From NCBI GenBank assembly GCA_003647645.1, contig QMNG01000002.1:1151-65150 (forward strand): a stretch of 64,000 nt of DNA, written 5' to 3'. Of the stretch, positions 56,559-64,000 are shown in pieces. How positions within the stretch are numbered: position 1 is the stretch's first letter; each line of letters opens with the position of its first letter. Below the pieces are notes generated by a model. That model did no database searches and was not told the DNA's origin. It saw nothing but the letters and a program-made list of their open reading frames with translations. Source of the stretch: a candidate division Kazan bacterium. Its GTDB lineage: Bacteria > Patescibacteriota > Kazan-3B-28. The position numbers and the translations under genes were made by a program.

Positions 56559-57396
56559 ACTTTGGCACTGGTTGGCGATTGGGCTGGCTATTGCCGACTT
56601 GGCTATTCTTTATTGCGTTAATACTCGGCCGGATGGCTTGGCTCATATTTATTTTTTGAATGTGGGCCAGGGCGATTCAATTTTGATCAAGACCGCCGAT
56701 GGTCAACATATCCTCATCGACGGGGGGCCGGACAACGAAGTTGTTAAGTTAATTGACAGCATTTTACCGCCGTGGGGACGGCAATTAGACTTGGTTATTT
56801 TAACCCACCCGCATGCAGACCATGCCACCGGACTAATTGAAGTTGCCAGGCGCTATCAAATTAATGAATTTGCTTTTAACGGACTGCCGTACCCTACCGA
56901 GACCTACAATACTTTGTTGAATCTGATAGAGGCCCGCGGGATTGATATTAATATCATCGACGAAAATGACAAATATAAATTCAAACGATCGGTGTTGGAC
57001 ATTATTCATCCATTAAATAGCGGATTAGATATCAGTGCCAATCCTAATGACACATCAGTTGTCGCCATTTTTGATTATCTAGACTTTGAGTTGCTGTTGA
57101 CTGGCGATATTGGGGTTGGGATCGAAGATAAACTAATTCAAAATGGTTCTGTGTTGGATGTGGAAGCATTAAAGGTTGGTCACCAAGGCAGCCGGACATC
57201 CACCAGCCAGGATCTGCTCAGTATCGCCAGGCCGGAAGTGTCAATTATTGCTGTCGGCCACAATAGCTATGGTCACCCCCACGATGAGGTAGTTAAAAGA
57301 ATTAAAAATTTTGGTAGTAAATTATTTAGAACTGATAAGTCCGGCACTATTGAAATAGTCACCGACGGTCATATCTACCAAGTTTTAACAGATTGA
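56539..57396 (+). CDS. Metallo-beta-lactamase domain protein corresponding to the ComEC C-terminal domain
   Basis: N-terminal TM, NVGQGDSILI, HPHADHATGL, KVGHQGSRTS. 20-nt overlap with comEC in another frame. Confidence 0.85.
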   Translation: MFNQKLKLWHWLAIGLAIADLAILYCVNTRPDGLAHIYFLNVGQGDSILIKTADGQHILIDGGPDNEVVKLIDSILPPWGRQLDLVILTHPHADHATGLIEVARRYQINEFAFNGLPYPTETYNTLLNLIEARGIDINIIDENDKYKFKRSVLDIIHPLNSGLDISANPNDTSVVAIFDYLDFELLLTGDIGVGIEDKLIQNGSVLDVEALKVGHQGSRTSTSQDLLSIARPEVSIIAVGHNSYGHPHDEVVKRIKNFGSKLFRTDKSGTIEIVTDGHIYQVLTD

Positions 57397-57403
57397 ACGT
57401 ACG

Positions 57404-57429
57404 CTCGTACTTACGGCCGTAAGTACGAG
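57404..57429. terminator. 26-nt perfect palindrome between convergent genes (probable bidirectional terminator hairpin)
   Basis: ctcgtacttacgg/ccgtaagtacgag. Only weak T-runs flank it. Confidence 0.45.
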
Positions 57430-57528
57430 TGCGTGTTTCCTTGAGAGGGGTTTACGCCGAAAATCCTTAGCGAGGGCTATGGATTTGTTTTTGCGCACGG
57501 GCAGGCAATATTGGATAAATAGATGATA

Positions 57529-58608
57529 CTAAGCGGCCGGGACTGCGATCCCCTCCTGTTTCAGGTCATGAGCCATCATCTTGGCAACGAGCTCATCAAA
57601 TGAAGTTTTGGGCCTCCACCCGAGAATCTTTTTGGCTTTAGCCGGATTGCCACATAGTAGATAAACATCATTGGGGCGGAAGAACTTTGGATTGACGGCG
57701 ACAACAAGCTTGTCATCGACATATCCCTTTTCATTGTTTCCAGCTCCTTCCCACCGAATACTCCAGCCAAGGCATTTGCAGGCAGCTTCTACGAACTGGC
57801 GGACAGTGCGGGTTTCACCCGTAGCGATAACAAAGTCCTGCCATTGATCGGCCGGACCTTCCTGCTGGAGCATTTGCCACATTGCCTCGACATAATCTCT
57901 GGCATAACCCCAGTCGCGTTTGGCTTCGAGGTTTCCCAAGTATAAAATGTCCTGCTTGCCGGCTTTGATTCGAGCCAGCGCCTTGGTAATTTTGCGGGTG
58001 ACAAAGTTTTCTCCGCGCAGCTCAGATTCGTGATTGAAAAGAATCCCGCAAGCGGTGCGGATTTGTTTGCCGTGTTCAACATGCCTTGCCCGGACAACTT
58101 CAAAATGAGCGGCTAACTTGGCATTGCCGTATGGCGATAACGGCCAAAATGGTGTTTTTTCATCCTGGGTTTGCAGCTTTAGTTCCCGAGCGGTGCCGCC
58201 GAACATTTCAGAGGTAGAAGCTTGGTACAATCGAACAGCATCTTCCATATTCAGCGCCCGGATGGCAGTTAGAATATTCAGTACACCAATATAGTTGATG
58301 CTGGCAGTTAGATGGGGCTGTTCGAAGGCAATTGCCACATCGCTTTGAGCGGCTAGATTATAAATTTCGTCCGGCTGATATTTTTTCAGGAGGTTGATGA
58401 TGGAATTGATGTCGGTAATGTCCCCTCCCGCTAAAATAAGGCTGCCAGAATGGAGAGAATCTTCCAATCCTAAATGCCTTAAGCGGTATGGGGGTTCAGT
58501 ACTGATCCTTCTCATCAGGCCGATAACCCGGTAACCTTTTTTGAGCAACAACTCGGCCAAAATGCTACCGTCTTGTCCAGTGATACCCGTGATCAATGCC
58601 GTTTTCAT
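57529..58608 (-). CDS. gmd: GDP-mannose 4,6-dehydratase
   Basis: ALITGITGQDGSILAELLLKKGY, SDR catalytic YGNAK, NHESELRG. Confidence 0.93.
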   Translation of the reverse strand: MKTALITGITGQDGSILAELLLKKGYRVIGLMRRISTEPPYRLRHLGLEDSLHSGSLILAGGDITDINSIINLLKKYQPDEIYNLAAQSDVAIAFEQPHLTASINYIGVLNILTAIRALNMEDAVRLYQASTSEMFGGTARELKLQTQDEKTPFWPLSPYGNAKLAAHFEVVRARHVEHGKQIRTACGILFNHESELRGENFVTRKITKALARIKAGKQDILYLGNLEAKRDWGYARDYVEAMWQMLQQEGPADQWQDFVIATGETRTVRQFVEAACKCLGWSIRWEGAGNNEKGYVDDKLVVAVNPKFFRPNDVYLLCGNPAKAKKILGWRPKTSFDELVAKMMAHDLKQEGIAVPAA

Positions 58609-58675
58609 GTTTTTAACATTAATAATTATGCTTTCAGACTGACAAAATCCACTTGGATTGTCAAGAAGCTGTATA

Positions 58676-58984
58676 ATGGATGAAATGGACAGAAAAAATT
58701 TTATTAAGCGGGCTGAGGATTTTGTCTGCGAAAATTGCGGACATAGAGTTTATGGCACGGGCTTTACTAACCACTGTCCGAAATGTCTATTTAGTAAGCA
58801 CGTGGATAATATTCCCGGAGATAGAGACAATGTCTGTAATGGTATGATGAAGCCGATGAGGCTAGAGTTTAAAAAAGGTTTACCCCACCAAGTTGTGCAC
58901 AGATGTCTCAAGTGTGGGGCGATCAAAAAAAATGAAGTTGCTCAAGACGACAACAAAGATATTTTAGTTGACTTGCCTCATTAG
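58676..58984 (+). CDS. RNHCP-domain zinc-binding protein
   Basis: CENCGH...TNHCPKCLFSKHVD...CNG...CLKCG. Start is uncertain: TTG 58658, ATG 58676 or ATG 58685. Confidence 0.7.
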   Translation: MDEMDRKNFIKRAEDFVCENCGHRVYGTGFTNHCPKCLFSKHVDNIPGDRDNVCNGMMKPMRLEFKKGLPHQVVHRCLKCGAIKKNEVAQDDNKDILVDLPH

Positions 58985-59017
58985 ATCTGAAGTCTTTATT
59001 CTGAGTGCCAATTTTTG

Positions 59018-60043
59018 ATGAATAATTTAATAGACATTCCTTGGCCAGAAATTCTAACGCCGTTAGCTGGCGCTCTGCTGGTTTCTCTGATTGGCACCCC
59101 GATTCTAATTCGCCTTGCCAAACGTTGGAAGATTTTTGATTGGCCTGGCGGTCGCCGTATTCATACCCGCCCCACTCCCCGACTTGGCGGGATAGTGCTG
59201 TACTTGGCTGTTATTGTCACATTGTTGTTTGTGTTTGGGTTTGATCCGCGGATGTATGGCCTGCTCATTGGAGTATCCCTGATGTTTGGGCTGGGTTTGC
59301 TGGATGACATTTACCAATTGCCGCCCATCTTCAAATTACTCGCCCAATTGCTTATCGCTAGCATTATTGTGATGTTCGGAATTACCATTGGTAATTTAAC
59401 TAACCCTCTCGGCGGAACGATTTTATTGCCACCGGCGTTGGATGTGCTGTTAACAATTATTTGGATACTTTTGATAGTCAATACGATCAACTGGCTGGAT
59501 GGTCTAGACGGTCTGGCTGCCGGTGTGAGCGCCATTGCTTCTTTAATATTGATTGTCCTAAGCTTGTTTGCAATTGTGAACCAGCCCGAAACTGCCACAG
59601 TAGCAGCTATCGTACTGGGTGCCTCAGTCGGTTTCTTATTTTATAACTGGCATCCGGCTAAGATCTTTATGGGAGACTCCGGTAGCTATATACTTGGTTT
59701 TATGCTGGCTACGATCGCAATAATTAGCGGGGGAAAATTGGCAACTGCGGCCCTAGTCTTGGGTTTGCCAATTCTCGATCTATTTTGGGCTGTCTTCAGG
59801 CGGATTTGGCGCGGGCGAGCTCCCTGGCAAGCGGATAAGGAGCATCTCCACCACCGCTTACTGGAAGTCGGGCTAAGCCAGCCAACGGTTGTGCTTATTT
59901 TGTATGCGTTTGCAATAGTATTCGGCATGATAGCCCTGCTTTCGGGTCCAACAATCAAAATGGTGGCCTTCATTCTGGCTGTGTTGGTGATGGTGACGAT
60001 AGTCAAAATAATTATTAGCCGACAAAAGCGAAGCAGAGAATAG
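59018..60043 (+). CDS. Polyprenyl-phosphate N-acetylhexosamine-1-phosphate transferase (MraY/WecA family GT4)
   Basis: ~10 TM. DDIYQL, NWLDGLDGLAAG, GDSGSYILGF. Confidence 0.85.
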   Translation: MNNLIDIPWPEILTPLAGALLVSLIGTPILIRLAKRWKIFDWPGGRRIHTRPTPRLGGIVLYLAVIVTLLFVFGFDPRMYGLLIGVSLMFGLGLLDDIYQLPPIFKLLAQLLIASIIVMFGITIGNLTNPLGGTILLPPALDVLLTIIWILLIVNTINWLDGLDGLAAGVSAIASLILIVLSLFAIVNQPETATVAAIVLGASVGFLFYNWHPAKIFMGDSGSYILGFMLATIAIISGGKLATAALVLGLPILDLFWAVFRRIWRGRAPWQADKEHLHHRLLEVGLSQPTVVLILYAFAIVFGMIALLSGPTIKMVAFILAVLVMVTIVKIIISRQKRSRE

Positions 60044-60046
60044 ATG

Positions 60047-60075
60047 TTGACATAAATAGAAATTTATTGTACAAT
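60047..60075 (+). promoter_or_regulatory. Near-consensus promoter of the zinc-ribbon gene
   Basis: TTGACA-taaatagaaatttattg(17)-TACAAT. Confidence 0.55.
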
Positions 60076-60120
60076 AAGATAATCAGGCGGTGCGATAAAA
60101 CAGAAATCAAAAATAAAATC

Positions 60121-60576
60121 ATGAACAATCAGCAGTTTGAACGACTTGTTCACAACCTTAAAGGCGTAATGCGGTGTCCGCATTGTGCTTCTGAATATAC
60201 TATGGAGGATATTCATTATCTGGGCCAGCTGGACAACATGACTTTTTTGCATATGAAATGCAGCAAATGTAAAACCCCGGTTTTTGCCAGTGTTTCTTTT
60301 GACGGTAGTGGCGATGTGGCTCTTGAAGATATTACTGCCGACGACATTGCCTTGGCCGACACTCCCTCACCGGCCGCTGATCTGGATAATATTGGTTTTG
60401 AACAGAGGGAACTGGAACCAACCGTTGATATGGCTCCAACACAGAAGATTTCAGTTGAAAATATTCCCGCAGATAAACTACTCAGTTCGCTAAACCCAAT
60501 TTCCTATGATAATGTCTTGGATGTGCACGAATACTTAAAGAAATTTGACGGGGACTTCGACAGAGTGCTGAAGTAA
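60121..60576 (+). CDS. Hypothetical C4 zinc-ribbon protein with acidic C-terminal half (151 aa)
   Basis: CPHC...CSKC. The track start at 60067 (TTG) lies inside the promoter, so ATG 60121 is used. Confidence 0.55.
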   Translation: MNNQQFERLVHNLKGVMRCPHCASEYTMEDIHYLGQLDNMTFLHMKCSKCKTPVFASVSFDGSGDVALEDITADDIALADTPSPAADLDNIGFEQRELEPTVDMAPTQKISVENIPADKLLSSLNPISYDNVLDVHEYLKKFDGDFDRVLK

Positions 60577-60627
60577 CTTTAACCAAAAGAATATACTGAG
60601 GCAATCCGCACAATTCGCAATCTAGCC

Positions 60628-60651
60628 CCCTCGTAAAAGACTTTACGAGGG
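60628..60651 (+). terminator. Hairpin after the zinc-ribbon gene / before rplY
   Basis: ccctcgtaaa-agac-tttacgaggg, a 10-bp perfect stem. Only a short T-run follows. Confidence 0.45.
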
Positions 60652-60659
60652 CCAATTTT

Positions 60660-61403
60660 ATGTATACAATTGCTTCTGTTATGGTTATCGGTGAATATAC
60701 AATTGAAGCCAAGCTTCGTGATAAACAGTCAACAGCTTCCTTTGTCAGGAAACTGGGCAATATTCCGGCCGTAATTTATGGTAAGGAAACCGAGCCGCTG
60801 TCTGTTCAAATTGATTCTGTGTCTTTAAAAAGGCTCTATCGCGAAGCTGGTGAGAGTTCTTTAGTTCAGCTGAAACTCGATGACGAGGAACGTTTAATTC
60901 TATTCAAAGAGCCGCAGTATGATCCGCGCACCGGTGAAATTATTCATATAGATTTGTATCAAATTAAGCTCGGTGAAAGCATCAAAGCCGAGGTGCAGCT
61001 AGTCTTTGAGGGCGAAGCCCCCGCTGTGGAGCAAGAAGATGGTGTACTAGTTACCAATAAGGACAAAGTTGAGATTGAATGTCTGCCTCGCGATTTACCA
61101 AAGGATATCAAAGTAGATATTAGCGGTCTGAAAAATATTGACGACAGTTTAGCCATAAAAGACTTGCAAGTACCAGAGGGTGTTAAAATTCTTGATGATC
61201 CCGAGGACAGCGTTGTGGTGGTAACACCGCCTCGTGAGGAAGAAGAAGAACCAGCTGTGAGTGAAGATGAGGCGATAGAAGATGTTGAAGTTGAGGGAGA
61301 GGAAAAAGCCGCTGAAGCGGGCTCCATAGAAGAAGATAAAGGAGAGACCGAAGCAGCTGACGATAAGGCAGCCAAGGGGGGAGAAGATACCAAGGGCAAA
61401 TAG
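60660..61403 (+). CDS. rplY: 50S ribosomal protein L25/Ctc with long acidic C-terminal tail
   Basis: RKLGNIPAVIYGKE, two-domain Ctc form. Start is ATG 60660 or ATG 60681. The last 57 aa contain about 24 Asp/Glu. Confidence 0.85.
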   Translation: MYTIASVMVIGEYTIEAKLRDKQSTASFVRKLGNIPAVIYGKETEPLSVQIDSVSLKRLYREAGESSLVQLKLDDEERLILFKEPQYDPRTGEIIHIDLYQIKLGESIKAEVQLVFEGEAPAVEQEDGVLVTNKDKVEIECLPRDLPKDIKVDISGLKNIDDSLAIKDLQVPEGVKILDDPEDSVVVVTPPREEEEEPAVSEDEAIEDVEVEGEEKAAEAGSIEEDKGETEAADDKAAKGGEDTKGK

Positions 61404-61428
61404 ATTTAGCTTTTAAAAATAAAGTGAG

Positions 61429-61458
61429 CAAAAGTTAAAATAACTTTTGTTGTTTTTT
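61429..61458 (+). terminator. Rho-independent terminator after rplY
   Basis: caaaagtt-aaaat-aacttttg followed by ttgtttttt. Confidence 0.55.
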
Positions 61459-61537
61459 GGTAATGATGACCGTATAATTTTAGTGACAGACAATTTTAAC
61501 TTTAAAAGTTTATATTAATTAACTTATGGGGGAAGCA

Positions 61538-61756
61538 ATGCCTGCAAAAAGGAGAAAGAAAGCTGCTCCACGCAAGAAGGCAACGGTCAAGAAACGCAAA
61601 CCGGCTGTTCGCAAGAAGAGAGTTGTCCGCCGCAAGAAGAGAGTTGTCCGCCGCAAGAAGACGACGGCCAAGAAGCGCAGACCAGCTACTCGAAAAAGGA
61701 AGGCGACCAAAAAGCGTAAGCCTGCTCGCCGCAAAAAAACAACCCGCCGTCGCTAA
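61538..61756 (+). CDS. Hyper-basic 72-aa protein (44/72 Lys+Arg, no acidic residues), histone-H1-like composition
   Basis: ATG 61538 is preceded by GGGGGAAG. Candidate promoter TTGTTT-17-TATAAT (61450-61478) and terminator 61782-61820. Sequence begins MPAKRRKKAAPRKKATVKKRKP. Confidence 0.6.
   Translation: MPAKRRKKAAPRKKATVKKRKPAVRKKRVVRRKKRVVRRKKTTAKKRRPATRKRKATKKRKPARRKKTTRRR
61610..61660 (+). repeat. Perfect 21-bp tandem duplication (2.4 copies) inside the basic-protein gene
   Basis: cgcaagaagagagttgtccgc x2, then cgcaagaag. Encodes RKKRVVR RKKRVVR RKK. Confidence 0.9.
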
Positions 61757-61781
61757 TCGATTGGGGTTGAAAGAATTGTAC

Positions 61782-61820
61782 AAAAAACACTTTCTTTGGG
61801 GGGAGTGTTTTTTGTTTTGT
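61782..61820 (+). terminator. Terminator after the basic-protein gene
   Basis: aaaaaacact ... agtgtttttt, a 10-bp stem with a 12-nt loop, followed by gttttgtg. Confidence 0.5.
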
Positions 61821-61909
61821 GTAATATTCAGCTTTCAAAGCGGATAAATAGTTGACCGAGAGCAAAATTTCATTTATTGTAGAGCTGCTCTAATATAAGG
61901 GGGTGAAAA

Positions 61910-62281
61910 ATGGATGCCAGCACCTTGCCAGATTTTGACTATTTGGTCGCTCTGGTCATTGAGAAATCGTTAGTACAAAATCCGTTACTGATAAGTTTGT
62001 CTATCAGCGATGACGGCTCGTTTCCCCGCTGGGCGACAGATCAAAGCAGGCGGCAATTGTATTTGTTGCTCACGGCAATCGACAGGGATATTCATCCTTT
62101 GTCATGTCGGATCATCGATGATTTTTTGGCCGGTTCCATCGGTTTGGCCGAAGCCATACAGCGGTGGCGGCTTTTGTCGCTTCCACCAAAACTAATGCAG
62201 TTTGCTGTATCTTGGCAGGCCAAACTGGAGATTTACTGGCTGAGCCGAACCAAACTCATTTCAGTGCCATCACCGAGATGA
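61910..62281 (+). CDS. Hypothetical 123-aa protein (orphan)
   Basis: ATG preceded by GGGGGTGAAAA. Terminator follows immediately downstream. No motif recognised. Confidence 0.5.
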   Translation: MDASTLPDFDYLVALVIEKSLVQNPLLISLSISDDGSFPRWATDQSRRQLYLLLTAIDRDIHPLSCRIIDDFLAGSIGLAEAIQRWRLLSLPPKLMQFAVSWQAKLEIYWLSRTKLISVPSPR

Positions 62282-62315
62282 AAAGCTCCACCGTCTGGGG
62301 ACTAGTGGAGCTTTT
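62281..62315. terminator. Bidirectional terminator between convergent orphan genes
   Basis: aaaagctccac-cgtctggggacta-gtggagctttt, an 11-bp perfect stem with A/T tracts built into both ends. Confidence 0.65.
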
Positions 62316-62337
62316 GTTTATAAATAAATGTTTTTAA

Positions 62338-62805
62338 TTATTCCGAACCTTCAGGTTTGGTTACTTCGTTTAACAATTCTGCATCGGCCCCCAATGCCTT
62401 AGCAGCAAATCTAATGCCGCCGGCATATTGTGAGGTTAGTCTCTTCATATGTTTTTCCATATTTGGATTTTCTTTAGTTTCACCAGAATTATTGCGATCG
62501 GCTGCAAATCTTTCTGCCACTAAGTTGAATTGCTCGCGTAGCGATTTAACAGGGAACACTCTTTGTTTCATATTGTCCAGCCAACCAGCGAATAAAGCTA
62601 TGGAATCATCAGAGATTTCATTTCTATCAAAAATATGCGACACCTTTTTCTGATCTTTATCGGGGAGTTCGTTAATCTTTTTAAAAACTTCAGCGGAGAT
62701 CTGGTCAACTGTCTTTAAGCTCTCCCCCAATGGATTAGCCCGTTCGTTTTCGTTACTATCCAGCGGATTCAACTCGGGGTTGTCATAGTTGTATTCGAAT
62801 TCCAT
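62338..62805 (-). CDS. Hypothetical 155-aa acidic protein (orphan)
   Basis: ORF with its own near-consensus promoter (62844-62872). No motif recognised. Confidence 0.55.
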   Translation of the reverse strand: MEFEYNYDNPELNPLDSNENERANPLGESLKTVDQISAEVFKKINELPDKDQKKVSHIFDRNEISDDSIALFAGWLDNMKQRVFPVKSLREQFNLVAERFAADRNNSGETKENPNMEKHMKRLTSQYAGGIRFAAKALGADAELLNEVTKPEGSE

Positions 62806-62843
62806 TTTTGTTTTTGATGTTTATTTTCTTTTCTTATTGTTTC

Positions 62844-62872
62844 ATTGTATCATAAATAAGCTCTTATGTCAA
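62844..62872 (-). promoter_or_regulatory. Near-consensus promoter of the 155-aa gene
   Basis: - strand reads TTGACA-taagagcttatttatga(17)-TACAAT. Confidence 0.5.
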
Positions 62873-62953
62873 TACCCACATCTTTCCAGAACTCCATGTA
62901 ATGCAAATCCCGTCTGGTTTTCAGCAAAAAAATATAAAGTGTATGATTAATAT

Positions 62954-64000
62954 ATGACCCATAAAGAATTACGAATCAGGTTTAAGGATTTTTTTAAAAA
63001 AGAGGGCTACCAGTGGGTAGAGTCGGCTTCTCTGTTGCCCAAAGATGATCCCTCGGTGCTTTTGACAACTGCTGGTATGCAACAGTTCAAGCCGTACTTT
63101 GTTGGTTTGAAGGACCCCAAGGCGGATTTTAATAACCGGGTTGCCTCGATCCAAAAGTGCTTCCGCACAGCTGACATTGACGAGGTCGGTGACGAGACCC
63201 ATCTGACATTTTTCGAAATGATGGGAAATTTTGGATTTAACGGCCAGGTCAGTAAAGAAATGGCTATCCAGTTGGCATGGGAATTTTTGACAGACACAAA
63301 ATGGATGGGCATTGATAAAGAGCGCATCTCTGTTACCTACTATAATGGTAGCCGGGCCGGTACCCGGGAGGATTCTGTTTCAAAACAAATACTGGACAAG
63401 CTGTATGCCGAAGGGGGTGTTGCGGCTGTAACAGCCCAGTCGGATGAAAGTAATTTCTGGGGACCGACCGGCGATGAGGGACCGTGCGGTCCGACAGTTG
63501 AATTTTATGTCGATGGTGTTGAAGTATGGAATATAGTCTTTAATGAATATTACCATCAGGCAGATGGTTCATTAACCGATACTTCTGACAATCTTGGTGT
63601 TGATACCGGCATGGGTTTTGAAAGGTTATTGATGACTGTGAATAAACTGAACAATGTCTTTGAAACTGATGTTTTTACTCCAGTTATTAAGTTAGTTCAG
63701 ACATTACCAGAGAAATCCCAAAGAGTTATTGCTGATCATGCGCGTGGAATTGTCTTTTTAATGGCAGATCATATACGTCCGTCAAATAAAGCGGAGGGGT
63801 ATATTCTGCGTCGGATTCTGAGACGACTGTTGCTGCACATTCGGGGTACAAATGTCCGTTTAGAGGAGTTGATTGAAACTATAATCGACGAATTTAGTGA
63901 GTTCTATCCTGAATTGAAGACTGAAAAAGATGACATATTGAAGTCCGCTCGTGAGGAAGCAGACAAGTTCGGCAGGACTATTGATGCTGGAGAGAGAGAA
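62954..64000 (+). CDS. alaS: Alanyl-tRNA synthetase, N-terminal 349 aa; 3' end cut by window edge (absent from the ORF track because it has no stop)
   Basis: My translation is MTHKELRIRFKDFFKKEGYQWVESASLLPKDDPSVLLTTAGMQQFKPYF...QKCFRTADIDEVGDETHLTFFEMMGNFGF, which matches class II AlaRS catalytic core motifs. Confidence 0.92.
   Translation, partial: MTHKELRIRFKDFFKKEGYQWVESASLLPKDDPSVLLTTAGMQQFKPYFVGLKDPKADFNNRVASIQKCFRTADIDEVGDETHLTFFEMMGNFGFNGQVSKEMAIQLAWEFLTDTKWMGIDKERISVTYYNGSRAGTREDSVSKQILDKLYAEGGVAAVTAQSDESNFWGPTGDEGPCGPTVEFYVDGVEVWNIVFNEYYHQADGSLTDTSDNLGVDTGMGFERLLMTVNKLNNVFETDVFTPVIKLVQTLPEKSQRVIADHARGIVFLMADHIRPSNKAEGYILRRILRRLLLHIRGTNVRLEELIETIIDEFSEFYPELKTEKDDILKSAREEADKFGRTIDAGERE

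Noticed and set aside
61502-61783. Three antisense or alternative-frame ORFs (93, 71 and 74 aa) over the basic-protein gene
   Set aside because: They are mirror or offset translations of the same AAG/CGC-rich low-complexity DNA. Only the + frame starting at 61538 has an SD, a promoter and a terminator in the right places.
1-64000. CRISPR arrays, tRNA, rRNA, tmRNA, RNase P RNA, riboswitches, T-boxes, transposases, integrases, and alternative genetic code
   Set aside because: No regularly spaced repeats beyond the heptamer arrays and the 21-bp duplication. No intergenic gap over 70 nt showed cloverleaf-like or known leader features; the valS and alaS upstream regions are too short and lack T-box hallmarks. 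No IS-like ORFs. Conserved proteins terminate at expected lengths on TGA, TAA and TAG, so code 11 applies. This is by-eye inspection only; tRNAscan-SE and Infernal would be decisive.

Overview
Gene-dense (about 90% coding) chromosomal window in the standard bacterial code. TGA, TAA and TAG all act as stops, and there are several ATGA/TAATG start-stop overlaps. It spans the replication-origin neighbourhood: rpmH-rnpA-yidD-yidC-jag on the + strand diverges from dnaA-dnaN-recF-DUF721(DciA-like) on the - strand, and two perfect DnaA boxes lie in the dnaA-dnaN spacer. Most other genes are housekeeping. DNA replication and repair: polA, mutM, holA, recA, ruvCA, pcrA, ftsK, family-4 UDG. Translation and RNA turnover: valS, alaS (3' partial), tsaD, rpsT, rpsO, rplY, rsmA, rsmI, pnp, rnj, nrnA-like. 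Cell wall: FemAB-family, murE, mltG, an L,D-transpeptidase, VanW. There is also a membrane pyrophosphatase, an Nramp-family transporter with a non-canonical metal site, ComEC encoded as two ORFs, a 5'-truncated PilB-type ATPase, and a surface-glycan cluster (methyltransferase, flippase, two GT4, two O-antigen-ligase-family proteins) plus gmd and a WecA-like transferase. The gene content, the shortened PolA and ValRS, and the many small lineage-specific proteins fit a reduced-genome, Gram-positive-type lineage such as Patescibacteria/CPR, but that is inference only. I found no rRNA, tRNA, CRISPR array, transposase, integrase or recognisable defence system. The most unusual content is: (1) a two-gene orphan block between rnj and ftsK, consisting of a 699-aa charged protein with a papain-like Cys/His/Asp layout behind a perfect consensus promoter and a 4-TM protein with its own SD and terminator; (2) a 28-nt hairpin element present twice in intergenic DNA with a compensatory base-pair change, embedded in mosaics of heptamer microsatellites; (3) two 26/29-identical promoters in front of unrelated genes; (4) an AbrB-like regulator divergent from comEC with a direct-repeat and palindrome operator candidate; (5) a run of self-contained small orphan genes at 60-63 kb, including a 61% Lys/Arg protein containing a perfect 21-bp tandem duplication. 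All functional calls come from motifs read by eye; no database search was possible.
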